Assembly (NCBI GenBank): GCA_907165135.1
Contig: OU015569.1
Location: 12,462,001 to 12,526,000 of the forward strand
Direction of reading: 5' to 3'
DNA length: 64,000 nt
Source of the DNA: Oikopleura dioica
Taxonomy: Eukaryota > Animalia > Chordata
Part shown: positions 1 through 12,329 of the stretch, one piece after another
How the letters are laid out: every line of letters starts with the position of its first letter
Numbering within the stretch: the stretch's first letter is position 1
Made by a program: the position numbers and the translations under genes
Notes under the pieces: generated by a model
Database searches by the model: none
Told to the model about the DNA's origin: nothing
The model's input: only the letters and a program-made list of their open reading frames with translations

Positions 1-64
1 CATGCTTTTTCTTCACGTATGTTAACCGAGACTCGAGGACGAATTAAAATTGATTTAGGAAGAG

Positions 65-1500
65 ATGACTTTTCTGCTCAGCGCAAATCTAAATAATGTG
101 CGAGTCACTGGAGCTCTCAATCTTCACTCCTCCTCGCTGCCCTCGCTCAGGTTCGAAAAAAGTAATTCCGCTTTTCAAAGCGTAATCTTTTGCTTCAGCA
201 CTTGTTCCCTCGGAGTAGATCTGTCAGGGCGGCCGAATCTCGTTCCATCAGAAGACGTCTTCATCGACTTTACTTCTTCCTCCAGCGCGGCCAAGCTCGA
301 CTGCTGTCTCAGCAACGAAAATCTATTTCTGGCGCGTTACGACGTCGAAAACATCTCCTGTCCTCTCAAACTCAAAGTCACGGTCAGAATTAGGTTCGTT
401 TTCCTCCTGCGTGTTTTCGTGCACATTTTATTCTGTTAATCAATTTTTAGAGAAGCGGACAAGATCGTGGAGACGTCAATTTGTTGCAAAAGCGAGCTTC
501 CGAAGAACGTGCGGATGCAAGAGTTGAAGCTTCGTTTTCAGCTTCCGGAAGGGACGGTCAACGCCATCCTCCTCGGCGGCGGAACATCGCTGCTGGCTTC
601 TTTTTCGATGGAGAAGGAAACGAACGAAGGCATCTGGCAAGCGAAATCGCTCTTTGGCGGTGCTGAAGTCGACTCCACCATCTCCATCGCCGTTTCAACC
701 GTCGACGACGTCCAAAGCATCAAAAGAAGACTCAATAACTTCGTCTGTTCTTTTCACGTCGAGGACTTTTCCTTCTTCAGGTAAAGTGTGGCCTCGAATA
801 AGACTTAAAATGCCGTGCAGCTCAATTTTACGTAAACTCGAGTCTGGGCTCGGTAACCTGTCTAGAAAACCTGAGTCAGGCTTTGGAAGATCTTAAATCA
901 AGAGCCGCGTCGCATGATTACAATTACGCTTTGCGGCTTTTCATCCAAGATCTTCCCAAGCCTGACTCAGGTTTTCTAGACAGGTTGCCGAGCTCAGACT
1001 CGATCCCGCAAACGGCTTCTATCTTAGAATCTAAGTAGATTTATTCTATCTAAAAATGTTTAACAGTCGAAATCTCGCGAATTTTTACTCTATAAAAAGT
1101 GCACCTTTTGCAAAAAAAGTGACAAAAGTGATAAGTGAAAGTGAGGTGATTTCCCAAAAAAGTGCACTTTAAGGTGCACCTTCAAAATGCTTTTTTCAAA
1201 AAAGTTTAAGGTGAAGTGAAAGTGCTAAAATTTCCCAAAAAGTGCACTTTTAGGTGCACCTTCAAAGTGGTCTTTTTGAAAGATTAAAAGGTGAGGTGGG
1301 TGAGGTGATAATTTCACTTTCGATCACTTTCCAAAAAGTGCACCCTAAAGTGAGGTGATTTCGAACCCTGTTTCAGGCTAGCAGTTTCCAAGTTCAAAAT
1401 CTGCGATCAATCGCGTTCGCCGATTCCCGTCGAGAGAAAAACGCGTCAGCGGCTTTCCTGCGCCAACGCTAGAATTAATCTGTACACCGAAAACACGCCT
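65..1500 (+). CDS. 3' part of a mu-homology-domain (adaptin mu-like, possibly AP-4 mu-like) protein; multi-exon, 5' end probably outside the window
   Basis: Spliced reading LARYDVENISCPLKLKVTV..CKSELPKNVRMQELKLRFQLPEG..GIWQAKSLFGG..SFHVEDFSFF|RLAVSKFKI resembles the C-terminal MHD layout (MRY..P.PF..C.S.L....V.L..PLP..W.L..L.GG..SFE...SGL.V..L). GT-AG introns, e.g. 781-1376. 3' end approximate. Confidence 0.5.
844..997. mobile_element. MITE family A copy (CTGGGCTCGG..CCTGAGTCAGG terminal inverted repeats)
   Basis: ctgggctcggtaacctgtctagaaaacctgagtcaggc ... gcctgactcaggttttctagacaggttgccgagctcag; flanks actcgagt / actcgatc (decayed 8-bp TSD). Confidence 0.8.
1095..1372. repeat. Intronic array of AAAGTGCAC/GTGCACCTT and AAGTGAGGTG motifs (degenerate MITE or minisatellite)
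   Basis: Repeated aaaaagtgcacttt(t/a)aggtgcaccttcaaa units visible at about 1160-1190 and 1238-1266, plus partial copies. Confidence 0.55.
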
Positions 1501-1941
1501 TAGTCCAGTAGTTCTTTCTCTTCTGTCCTTTTCATTCGCTTTACAACACTTGTACTTATATTTACCTGCTCTGCGAAAAATAACTTAGTGATGCGCTTCA
1601 TCAACTATTCAGTTCAATAAAAATAAATACATACAGATTCAAAAAAAGTATTCGCTCTTGAGTTCTCCTCTCTCTCAGAAAGAAATCAGCAGAAATAATG
1701 ATAGTTATTGTTAGTTTTTCTGCCCAATTTGGTGCAAGAATCGTTCGAAACTCGCTGCAGGGAAAAATGCTCCAGGCCGAGTTTTTGTTAAAAGGAGCAA
1801 TACAAGATGGAAGAGTTGTTTTGACGAGAGTGCTTTTTAGAATGTGTTTCCGGCTGGTGATTTTATAGTCCTTTCCCTTACTTCTGGCCTTGATAGCTTA
1901 GAAGAGACTCTCCCAACTTGTCCGTAGGAGAAACAAAAAAG

Positions 1942-2376
1942 ATGTCGCAGAGTGACAATTCGCCGCCTTTGCAAAATGCCCCGGTGAGTATGCTCGCTCA
2001 AACAATTATCAAGAGAATAGTGAGCTTCAGCTTCCAGTGAATGAAGCATCATCTTACTAGCTACCTGCCTAAAATGTTTTTCTTTCAGTCGCAGCAAGTG
2101 TACAATCTGAAGTTCTTGCCCTACCAGCCGTCGAACCAACGTCCGGCAAAGCAGCAAAAGACTAAGCGCCGCGAAAAAGACGGAAATGACGAGAATCCGC
2201 CGAACAAAGTGCGTCCGCGCTCATCGATGGATCCACCCGCCGTGCCGAGTCCACAGTCGCGGATGAAGAACTACTTTGGGAAGACGCGCACTTCCGTCTC
2301 AACTTCCCAGGCGAATCTCGACCTCCTCGGCAGCCGACGACTAAACAGGAAAACGGCCAAAGATAATCTAAACTAA
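1942..2376 (+). CDS. Small basic hypothetical protein (2 exons)
   Basis: ATG 1942, exon 1942-1983, GT-AG intron 1984-2088 (phase 0), exon 2089-2376 in frame: MSQSDNSPPLQNAP|SQQVYNLKFLPYQP... Confidence 0.5.
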
Positions 2377-3206
2377 CTTTACAATTGTTTTATCGAATGT
2401 CCGCTTGCAACTTCGAGAAAGAAATAAATCCAAACCTCGAAGTTCAAGCGTCTTCTTGAATTTACTATCTGAGGCTGTTTCAGTTCGACCAGCTCGCTCG
2501 ATGATGCGCTGCACTTGAGCGGGGCGATCCCACGAACGAATTTTACGCAAGTGTTGAAAATATATACGAACAGGTCTTCACCCAAGGCTCGCCAACATGT
2601 TTAATAATCTTGATCAAATAATAGGAAACTACTGATAGGTGCTAGCTACTGATATTAAAACTACTCATTTTGAACAACACAGCAAATAATTTTTCGACAC
2701 TTGAAAAGCACCCAATTCGCCTGCAACCAAATTCAAGAGTCAGTTTCGGACTCTGAGATCTCGCTGACTTTGATCGACACGGAAGCGGCGCATCGCAATC
2801 CAGCTGATGAGCTCAGGTACGAATCTATATTTATTTCTGCTCTTTTTCCGCTCCAGCGCTCCTTTTTCTATTTCGACTCCTTTTTTGAAATACAGATTCT
2901 GAGGGTTCCGTTTTTTGAAATCATGGCCAGCTCCTGCGAAGAAGATATAGCCTGGCTTTGCAATAAAATTAAACAAAATAATTACGGCTAATAATAATAA
3001 TTTGAATACACTCAAAACATCGAAAAACCCTGAGTTTATAATCGAGTTTTTAAAAAGGAAAGCTGACTTTAGATTTTATTTTCAAAGCCAGAACTAGACT
3101 TCCTGGAAATGGAATACCAAACGTTAATTTCTATTTTGTTAATATTCAAGCGTTTTAAAACTGTTGTAGCGCGCGCTTCGAGCACTGCTTCTCGAGCAAC
3201 CAGGGA

Positions 3207-6200
3207 ATGAGCAACAACGAGACCATTTCGATGTCGGACGTGCTCGAGCTCGACATGTTCAACAACACGGACAGCGTCTACGTTCAAACCAGCCAGGGAC
3301 AAGACATCAACTTCTCCGCGCTCGACATCAAAAGCTCCCCTCCAGGTAGGGCAACCTAAAAGCAATTCTTGCTATTATTTTATGAAGGCTCGCGGCAAAG
3401 CTGGGGCACAGTCCAGCCAAGCAGCCGTCCAGACTCGGCGCAAGGAAGCTCGCCCGTCGTCGTCAACACGCACATTCAGCCGAAGTCGAACCAGAAGTTT
3501 ACCATTCACAATCCCGACAGTGGTCAAAGAACACAAACTAAGGTAAATTCTCCTCTTCTTTTCAAAGATTTTTTGATTGGATTAGTTGGTTGAAGAAGCG
3601 TACGACGACACGGGAACGCTGGCTGAGATCATCGAAAACGGACAGATCCAGCCGCTGGAATTCATTCTCGTCCAGAACACCTCGCCGCTACAAAAAGTCA
3701 ACGAGGAAAGTCTCACCTATCTCAACCAGGGGCAGGCTTACGGCGTCCGTCTCAAACGAAGGAACACTTTTGAAATCATGGAAGACTAATACTAAGCGGA
3801 GTTTAAAGCTGTCTACTAGACATTGTTTAGTCATGATGTCAAAGTAATAGCGAAAGAACCTGTCGCTTATAAGTTATAACTCACTTTTCTTTGTATAAGA
3901 TGCGAATTCTGAGTATTATTGTTGATTCTATCAACACTAATATAAATACTGATTTGAAAAGTCGAAAAAAGACCCGAAGCTTGCAAGCAAATGGGCTTGC
4001 AAATGGACACTCCTTTTCGAATTTGCTTGAGGTAAGTCGAAGGCGCCACTTTCCTAAAACGTAGGGGCGATAAACCAGATCAACCTGGCATCATTTTTCT
4101 CGAAAGAGCAACGCATGACTCACATTTATTTTCCAGCCTTTTTGAAAACGAAAAACAGTGGAAATTAAAAAAAAACAGTAAACATGCGTTTCTGAGATCT
4201 CAAACAGTGAGTCCTCGTTGATTGCAAAAAAAAAACCGAAAAACCGAAAAACAAGAGTTAGAGAGCCAAGTAGCAAAAGTATGCATTAGGGTGATTTTCC
4301 ACGACCGTCGCTTGCAGAATACGGAAGCGGAGCAGATCGAGTCCTGGAGCCAGGCGAATCCTGGAAAACGCTTCATCGAGATCGACAAGGAGCTCAGCAC
4401 AGAGATCAGCTGCGTCAGCAACAAAAAGGAGGAGCTCAACTGCTCCGAGCTGGTCTGGGCGAGTTCCAAAGACGCCGTCGTTTTCATCAAAATCAACTGC
4501 ATTTCGACCGAGTTCACTCAGAAGAAACACGGCGGCGAAAAGGGAGCGCCTTTCCGGTATTCTAGTAATAGGCGTTTTGAGTGAAACCTGAAAACTTAGG
4601 CTGCAACTGGACGCGTTCAAGGAGGACCCCTCGGTGATGCAGTTTAACTCGTCGCAGTGTATCCAGGCGAGCAGTTGCCAAATCCGCGTCTTCAAGGTTC
4701 GAGTGAAAACGAGTCCGAGCGAGTTCGAGAAAGTGAAATTTTCAGCCCCGCGGAGCGGACCGAAAGCAGAAAAGCGACCACCAGCGCGTGTCGAAGGAAA
4801 TGGCGGACGAGAGCTGCAAAGGCAAATACATTCCCTGCTACGAGCGGACGCGGCTGCAGCCGACCCAGCCCTGGGAGCCGCGGCTTCCACTGACGCCCTC
4901 GTTGAAGAGCTCGCCCAGCCAGAATTTGGGCTTTCGAGAAACTCAATCTGACGACACAATGATTTTGGATCAGAATCAATCCGTCGATCAGAGTGTTTTC
5001 GCGTAAGTGTCCTGTTTACACTCATTTCAGAAGCACTGTTACTAGCCCTAATGCTTCTTTAGGGTAGACATCGTGAATTGATTTTTCTTCAGTTTTCTTT
5101 TTCTTAAAATTAACCTCTAGTTTGTTACGCCCTTATTTTATTTCGACGGATTATAGTCTGAAGAAAAGCTCAATTCATGATGGAAATACCTTTTGATAAC
5201 TTTCCTATGCCAAAATATCATCTTGTAAATCTAACGATCTTGACGATTAAAATCGAGTTTTTTTCCCTCAAAGCTTTATTCTATTCTTTCTGATAAAAGA
5301 AGTATATTTTGGCATATTTGATTGACAAAATCAAAGCAGGTCTATTTTGATTTCTCTTCTTTGATTTTGCGAATCAGAATCTGGTGGAAACAGAACTCCT
5401 CTTTTCAAGCTAATCGACGGTTAAATTAATTTTAAAAATAAAATCCCCTTTCGATCAATTTTCAAGCCGTAATTTCTTGCAAAAGGATTCTGGAAAGTAC
5501 AAATTCTATCACTTCCGAAGATTTAAGGCTAGGGTGGTCGATTTGGCCCAAAGCAGGGCTCATAAACTCTGGACTTGTTAATGCCAGAGTACCCCATAAT
5601 AGCTTTAAATAGAGATCCATCCTAGATCTTATGAATTACAGAAGCTTTTTCCGTCATCCAAAGAAAAAAGCCACTTCCGGTGCCTTCAAAGTTGGCATCT
5701 CGGCCAAAATCGCGAAAATAGCCCATCTTCAAGGCTCCAAAACTCCAAAGTTTGCATTATGGTCCTATCAACTCTTACTATTTTTCGATTTCTTAGACCC
5801 TAATCTTAAAATTTACAGAAGATTTTTTTTATTTGATCATTTTTTCTTTAGAAAATTTTTCAATAAACCAAGGTAACTATTTTTGACTATTCATTCCTAT
5901 GAAATGCCCTGCGGGCATAGCCTAGACGCCACAAGCCCTACCCTAAATGAATGTCCTTAGAGTTAGCTTTCCAAAAATGTATCATATGCCACTATTGTAA
6001 AGGGTTGAAATTTCAAAATATTTGGTTCACTTTCAAAATACACTAATTTTCTGCAGCTTTAGTCGCAATTTCCGGGAGATCGAGTAGAGATAGCCAAAAA
6101 GTGCATAAGGAGTTTTTTGCTCCAAATTTTCCGAGGAATCCAAAAATGCGGGTCAAAAAAAAGAACCTGAGACTTGGCCAAAATCGACCACCCTAGCCTT

Positions 6201-7067
6201 AAATTATGAAAATAGTGGCGTCGGCAATATCACTCACTCCTCCTCCGTCGGCTTCGTCCAGGTACTTTTCTAGCGCCCAAGCAGACGCTCCTGAGTCTCA
6301 ATTCTTTCAGGCCTGGCTCAAACGGCGCAACTTTCACGCTTTCACGCAGAAATTCGCCAACTTCAGCGGCAGCGACTTGCTCAGCCTCTCCCGCGAAGAC
6401 ATGCTTCAAATCGGCCTCGCGCCGCCGCAAATCCACGTCGCCGAGGTTATCCGATTGCACAACGCAATTATGAAGTAAGGGCGAAGTCCCGATAGGTATC
6501 AACTAGTCTTTGTTTAGTCCCGCGAACGGGCCGGAAAAGTCGGTAACCTGTTTCTACATTCGAACAGTGGACGAAGACCTCCACTATCCGGTTTTCCTGA
6601 AAGCTCCGACTGTGCAAAATCTGACCGAGTGCCTGGCGATGGTCACTCAAGTCGACCCGGCGCAGATCAACCGCGTCATCAACCGTCGCAAATCCGCCTC
6701 GCAATCCAACAGTGAGTCCTCCTTGATTCCAACAAAAACCCAAAGTTCGATAGCTCAATAAGACTTTCAGAATCGACAATCCGCTCGGGTCAATCAAAAT
6801 TGAGCAGCTCATAGCGCGGCTTTTTCATTCTTTTTTGCTCAAAGTCTCAAGCGGCTTTTCGATTTCCGAAGCATAATTGATGAATTAGATTTAAATTTTG
6901 ACTTCCAGAGAAATAAAGGGGTTCAAATAATCTTAAATTCCTTTTCAGACGATATCAAAGTGATCGTGACCGACGAAATGGTGGCCACTTTCCAGAACGA
7001 AACGAGTTTCACCGTGCTTTTGGTCGGAAGCCCCGAAGAAGGCCTTACTGCCGTAATTCACAGATAA
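3207..7067 (+). CDS. TFCP2: CP2/LSF-family (TFCP2/UBP1-like) transcription factor: CP2 DNA-binding domain, SAM domain, C-terminal domain
   Basis: N-terminal SMSDVL; LTYLNQGQAY; IRVIFHDRRLQNTE; INCISTEFTQKKHGGEKGAPFR; SCQIRVFK|PRGADRKQK; SAM QAWLKRRNF..FANFSGSDLLSLSREDMLQI; ends KVIVTDEMVATFQNETSF..IHR*. These match the LSF rather than the GRHL subfamily. Confidence 0.88.
5527..6198. mobile_element. Non-autonomous DNA transposon with TTAA target duplication and GG...CC ends (Kolobok-like), in a TFCP2 intron
   Basis: ttaa|ggctagggtggtcgattt ... aaatcgaccaccctagcc|ttaa: perfect 18-bp TIR, TTAA at 5523-5526 and 6199-6202; no transposase ORF. Confidence 0.8.
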
Positions 7068-7483
7068 ACCCATGTGGCCCTTTTTTCTACTTTTTCTGTG
7101 AGCACTTTTTCTTTAATAATACCTTGCTAAAAATGTTTCTTTATTCGCGAGACCGAAAACCCTTTTTGCTATTTGCCGAGTTCAATGATTCCAGTTCCAT
7201 GATTAAATAAAACGCCTTCTGATAAATTCAATCATTTCTTGTTTTTTGATGCAGGTGCAGACTGTAGAGTTGTGAATATTTTGGAAATGGCGAGCTGCGT
7301 AGAAATCTGAGTCAAGGTCCTAATGGAGCTTCGAAACGAAGCCGCGTGTGACTATTGGCCGTTTGTCCGCTCGATAGTTAGGATAGAGAACCCTTGCGCG
7401 TGTTTTTGTATAAGCTCCTTCAGGATCCTACAGAGCTGGCCCTCATGTAACAGAATTATCAACTGTACTCGAAATATTCTAGA

Positions 7484-9037
7484 ATGAGCCTTGAAGAGTT
7501 ATATTCCCTGTACGAGAAAAATGTGAATGTCCCGAATCGAAAGAAAACCCTCAATGCCATCTCAGACCACCCGAACGCTAATCTTCTTGGTGAACTTATT
7601 TTCAATCGAATGACGAGAACCGATTATGTGTCGGCGAAAAGTCAGCTTCTTCCGATCGAAGATAACGAACATGGCCCGTTCGATCATTTGCTCGGGGCAC
7701 ATCAATGCGACTGGATCCTAGAATTGATGGCTCGGGAAGATTATGTGATCGACTTGTTGAAAGACGAGTTTCTGGTCAAATACGATCGCGAGCCCAGCTC
7801 GTTGAGCGACATCGTCAAGATTGCTGCCCAGCGAGAAAAGATCTCCAAAAATCAGTCTGTTCCAAAAGCAGTCTTCGAAACAAGACATGACACTTGTCAA
7901 ATGGGGAGTACATGGATTGTCACTTTTCATAAGATCAATGGTGTGGACGAGCAACAGAGAACCCTCCCAAACGTATACGTTCACAAGATTGTTCGAGCAC
8001 CTGAAATTCGTCTCGAGAGGCTACGTCTTCCGATCAATTACCGCAGAAGAGTCCTTTGCGTTCTCTACGAGCCGTTCCTCATCGTTTTTGAGAGCGAGAA
8101 AAGGATTGATTTTTTCAATCTACTAAAACCGAACGAGCAACCAAAGAGCCTTACTGGAGAAGGCGAATTTATGAAGCCAGAAGGATACTACCAAGCTGAC
8201 GTGCGTCGTAATGGGAAGATTCTTGACGATGTCATCTTTCCAATTGTGCGAAAAAAAGATGCAAGAACCATTTGTGTCGACTTTGCCCTCATCACAAGAT
8301 TATCCGTGGACATTATTTTGCAGGAAACGATCAAATTACCTGAAAAGGATGTAGATTCTTGTGATCTGCATTTTTTAGACCGCCACAATTTTCTACTAAC
8401 AATCTGTTTCGTTGACGATGAAGACCTGGATAATTTTCGTGGATGCGCTGCTTTTCTCATTATACCAGCAAAGAAGAAGATAGTAAGCTACTATCTCCCC
8501 GAGCTTTCAGGAGTTTTCGATTTTCCTGAATATGGAATGGTCGATGAGCGTTGTGGATTGATTGTTTGGGATGCCGCATTCAATGACGATGATGACGATC
8601 ATAGAATTGCAGCCTATGGATTGTTGTCGGAAAAAATAGGTCTCGAAGTTATTTGCTTTTTCAAGCTTCCGATCGACGAGGAAATTTATATGGAAGAGGA
8701 TTTGATTCTGCAATTCAACCAAGCGGAAGGAAAATTTAAGACAGTGTCTTTTAAGGCCCTCATCAATCACTTGGAGGAGATGGGTCAAGCGATGCCTTCT
8801 CTTACTAGACCAGTAAATGGTTGCATTGTTACAAGACCAATTGTTGAGATAGGTAATCTTCAACAACATGCCATTACATCTATTTTATTTATGAATTTTT
8901 TAGAAAAGCTGCGTTCTGAGGGCTTTGTGAAAGACGTTTGCAAAGTGCCGGAGACAGGATTGTGTCTCACCTTATGCAACATTGGTCGCATTATTTGGAA
9001 ACCATCCGGCCTGATGGAGATCCAAATTTTCGTCTAA
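7484..9037 (+). CDS. Intronless 517-aa hypothetical protein; possible degenerate N-terminal F-box followed by a beta-rich region
   Basis: Long uninterrupted ORF with acceptor-like ttctag|aATG. Segment HPNANLLGELIFNRMTRTDYVSAK weakly resembles an F-box. Confidence 0.7.
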   Translation: MSLEELYSLYEKNVNVPNRKKTLNAISDHPNANLLGELIFNRMTRTDYVSAKSQLLPIEDNEHGPFDHLLGAHQCDWILELMAREDYVIDLLKDEFLVKYDREPSSLSDIVKIAAQREKISKNQSVPKAVFETRHDTCQMGSTWIVTFHKINGVDEQQRTLPNVYVHKIVRAPEIRLERLRLPINYRRRVLCVLYEPFLIVFESEKRIDFFNLLKPNEQPKSLTGEGEFMKPEGYYQADVRRNGKILDDVIFPIVRKKDARTICVDFALITRLSVDIILQETIKLPEKDVDSCDLHFLDRHNFLLTICFVDDEDLDNFRGCAAFLIIPAKKKIVSYYLPELSGVFDFPEYGMVDERCGLIVWDAAFNDDDDDHRIAAYGLLSEKIGLEVICFFKLPIDEEIYMEEDLILQFNQAEGKFKTVSFKALINHLEEMGQAMPSLTRPVNGCIVTRPIVEIGNLQQHAITSILFMNFLEKLRSEGFVKDVCKVPETGLCLTLCNIGRIIWKPSGLMEIQIFV

Positions 9038-9377
9038 GAAGATTGTTTTTGAAAGCTTCCTCTTTTTCATCATAGGAATAATGACCCTTTTTTATCGTTC
9101 TCTGCTCACTTCGAACACCTGCTATTTTCACTTACAAATATTCTTTTTCTATCTTCAATCCCGATTCCCAACCCATTTCAGATCACCTCCTGTCACCCCA
9201 AATCCAAGCCTATACTATTGTAATATTCACAATTTTGCCTTACTTCTATCAACCGTCGTCTATCAGTTTCAACTGCCACAAATAAAAACTAAAAGAAAAA
9301 TGCTTGAAATAAGTCCTACAAGAATCGGCTCTGTCAGAAAAAATTCAATCAGAAATTTTTAGATTGAACTGAGCGCT

Positions 9378-10727
9378 ATGAGCGCGAACCGGGTCCAAGC
9401 GGCGGAAAGACTCATCGCTGAGGCAGAGAAGCACATGAAAACGAGCTTCATCGCTCTCAAATTCTCGCCAGATGTCGACTCCGCGATCGAAGCTTACGAG
9501 AAAGGTATCTCCGATTCTTTTTCCTTTTCCAAAACTGTTATTTAGCCGCGATTCAGCTGAAGAACGCTTCCGAATACAAACGAGCAATCGAAGTCTACCT
9601 CAAAGTGGCGGCGATGAACGAGAGTCGCCGCTCTTATTTCAACGCTGGAAAAGCGCTGGATTCAGCCTCGAGCTGCTGCCGCGACTTGGAAGATCTCGAC
9701 GGAGTCCTGGCTTACGCTGATCAAGGTAACAAGCCGCCTATTGCTAGTGACAAAAATACTTCTGTAGCTGCTGAACTGTTCCGAAGTAATGGACAGCCAG
9801 ACACAGCTTACCACACTTTAATCCGCGCTGCGAAACATGCCGAACCAAAGAGGCCCGACGCGTCGATCGAGTTCTACCAGAAAGCGGCGAATATGTACAG
9901 AATGGAAGGCGGGCGCGTCAGGGAAGCGGCAGATGTGCTCAACAGAGTCGCCTGTCTTCAGGAAAGGGAAACTCTGATTCTAATCAAGTGATCACTTTGA
10001 AATCGAGCAAGAAAGAAAGAAACAAGCGTCCATTGCGCGGCGTAATCTTCTCGGACTCGAAGCCGCAAGCGGCTTCTCAGTTTCTTACGCAAGTAAAAAT
10101 GAGAGTGTTCCCTTTTTTAAGTCGAGAGCGGGGCGATTCAACGAGGTAATAAGCACGCTAGAGCGCGAACGCGAGCTCCGACTTGAAGCAAAATCGAACG
10201 AAGCGGCTGCGCGAACGCATTTGATCCTCATTCTCGTCTACTTGAAAATCGGGAAAGAAGGCGAGGCCAGGGAGAGCCACCAAAAGGGCGAGTCGATCAT
10301 CCACGGATACGACACCACCGACAGCGCCCGTGTTCTTGACGGTTAAAAATCAGCCGCAGGAAAACAATCCGAATTCCATTTTTCAGAAGTGTTCGAGGCA
10401 ATCGACGGAGGAAACGAGGAAGAGTTCACCGCCGCTATCCGACAGCCTTACTTCAGAAGTCTCGAGAATGACTTTGTCAAGCTCTCGCGAGGCATCTCTC
10501 TGCCAGACTCCGTCCCTCAAGAGCTCGATCTCAACGCGGCGCCGACAAATAGTAGCTCCAATGTTCCAGGTAAAAAATGGGGTTTGTAGAACCTGACTCA
10601 GGTTTTCTACTTTGGTTGCCGAAGGCAGATAAACGCCCTTATTTCATTAGAGAAAATAACCAAATTTGATTAAGAGTTCAACGCCGCCACATCGCAACTG
10701 TCCGCGCCCGAGCCCGACATCCTCTGA
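9378..10727 (+). CDS. NAPG: Gamma-soluble NSF attachment protein
   Basis: AEKHMKTSFIALKFSPDVDSA; YFNAGKALDSA; NGQPDTAYHTLIRAAK; FYQKAANMY; RAGRFNE; YFRSLENDFVKL match the gamma-SNAP layout. Includes a GA-AG intron 9962-10121. Confidence 0.88.
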
Positions 10728-11322
10728 TTTCGAATTTCGAAGAAAAAAGATTCTGAAAAAAATACTGTCATTTCTCAAAAATCGTTCCCATGTTCTTCAC
10801 TTATCATTCTTCCTTTATGTGCAAATATCCCTCATTATCTCATGTCGTATTCATACAGTTATTTTCCACTTTTGTGGACATTTTTTGTCCCAAATTTTCG
10901 GAAAAATGTCCACAAAAGTGGGCAAGGGTTCCCAAAAAAATGTCCCGCCGTAGTATATGTAAATTTTTTCAAATATAAGTTTTTATGGAAAAATGGCGAA
11001 TTTCATCCTCGAAACGCCTTTCTCTTGCTTATGTTTATCTTTTTTCGACAAATTTAAATGCTTTAGTCCTTCATTTCTTGAAAATAACCCTTGATTTTTG
11101 AAAAAAATATGCCATTTTTGCCTCTAAAATTTTCTTATCAGGGAAAATGTCCACAAAATTGGAACATTATCTTTGCAATAGTGTCCCACGGAAACCCCTT
11201 AAAATGAAGAAAATGTCCACAAACTTGGGGTCCACAAAAGAGGAAAAAAACTGTATTTAAAAAGAGCCAGGAAATAGCAGAAGACTTCAGACTTGCGAGA
11301 TCGAAAACTCTCTAGAATAAAA

Positions 11323-12272
11323 ATGATGCGTGTTATTCCGAGACGGTGGATTTTCTCCAAGCCAGTCTCGGACCTGCCAAGTCGCCCTTATGAGCCGAGT
11401 TTTGTTCAACGATTCGCGGAAAAGTACTCGATCGCGAAAAAGGAAGAAACGAGAGATTACGTGACGATTCTAGAGGAAAACCAGAGCATGATCGTGGGAG
11501 CGACGAATATGCACGCGCCGACAAAGTGGAAAATTAATTATTATATCGGATTCTTCGTGATTCTTTTCGTCAGAATGGGGTAAGCTTCTATTGTTTCAAG
11601 GGGCTGCAAAATTCGAGCTAGATTTTCTAGCCTAAATAAGTAGAAAAGCCGCGCGTAGCATGTTTTTATTCTTGCGGCTTCAATAAATCAATCTGAGCTT
11701 CGCGCGGCTTTTTTTTTCCTTATTCCTCGGAGCCGCAAGCGGCATCTCGATCTCAATAAGCCCTGCCTGGGCTCTGCAGCCTGTTTACCAAACCTGAGTC
11801 AGGATCTTGGAAGAGCGAAATCAGCGAAATGGCTTCGCCGAACATACATCCTCAATCTGATTCTTTCAAGACTCTCACTCCGTTTTTTTTTTAAACAGGT
11901 TGCCGATCCCAGAACCCTGCCTTATTCTGCCTAATTTCTCTTGCATTTTTCAGTTATCGTGAATCTCAAGAGCCTGGCGGATATTTACGAAACACGATTC
12001 TGGGCGAAATGGGTCCAAACAATCGATTTAAATGCGCTCGGTAGGAGCATCTTTCCCAATTCTGACCATAACGTTATTTCAGCGACGATTTTTTGAAAAT
12101 CAAAGGCATCGTGTTCGAGCTGTTCGAAATGGCGGCGCAAGAAGAGTTGTTTTATTCGATGAATCCGCACATGCGCGAGTTCAAAAACGTTAAATTTTAT
12201 TCTTTTCCAGAAGATGAAAACAGAATGTGCCCGATTGAGCGCGTTAATATTCCAGTGCTCGGCTCCTGCTGA
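11323..12272 (+). CDS. Hypothetical single-TM protein with a mitochondrial-presequence-like N-terminus (weak TIM29 resemblance)
   Basis: Three exons join in frame: MMRVIPRRWIFSK..RDYVTILEE..KINYYIGFFVILFVRMG|YRESQEP..R|DDFLKIKG..VLGSC*. Confidence 0.5.
11767..11912. mobile_element. MITE family A copy with near-intact 8-bp TSD
   Basis: ctgggctctgcagcctg...caggttgccgatcccag; flanks agccctgc / aaccctgc. Confidence 0.75.
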
Positions 12273-12329
12273 AAATTCCAAATTCCGATCCTTCATTCTT
12301 TCAACGATACACTTGATTCTTGCTTTAGA

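Noticed and set aside
2368-3015. Possible small gene(s) on either strand between the 1942 gene and TFCP2
   Set aside because: A plus-strand intron signature (2817-2895) and minus-strand ORFs conflict; no coherent model could be built.
3069-3365. Protein-like minus-strand ORF (V/E/A-rich)
   Set aside because: Antisense to TFCP2 exon 1, which has the conserved SMSDVL motif.
4258-5025. 255-aa minus-strand ORF
   Set aside because: Antisense shadow of TFCP2 exons; no independent motifs.
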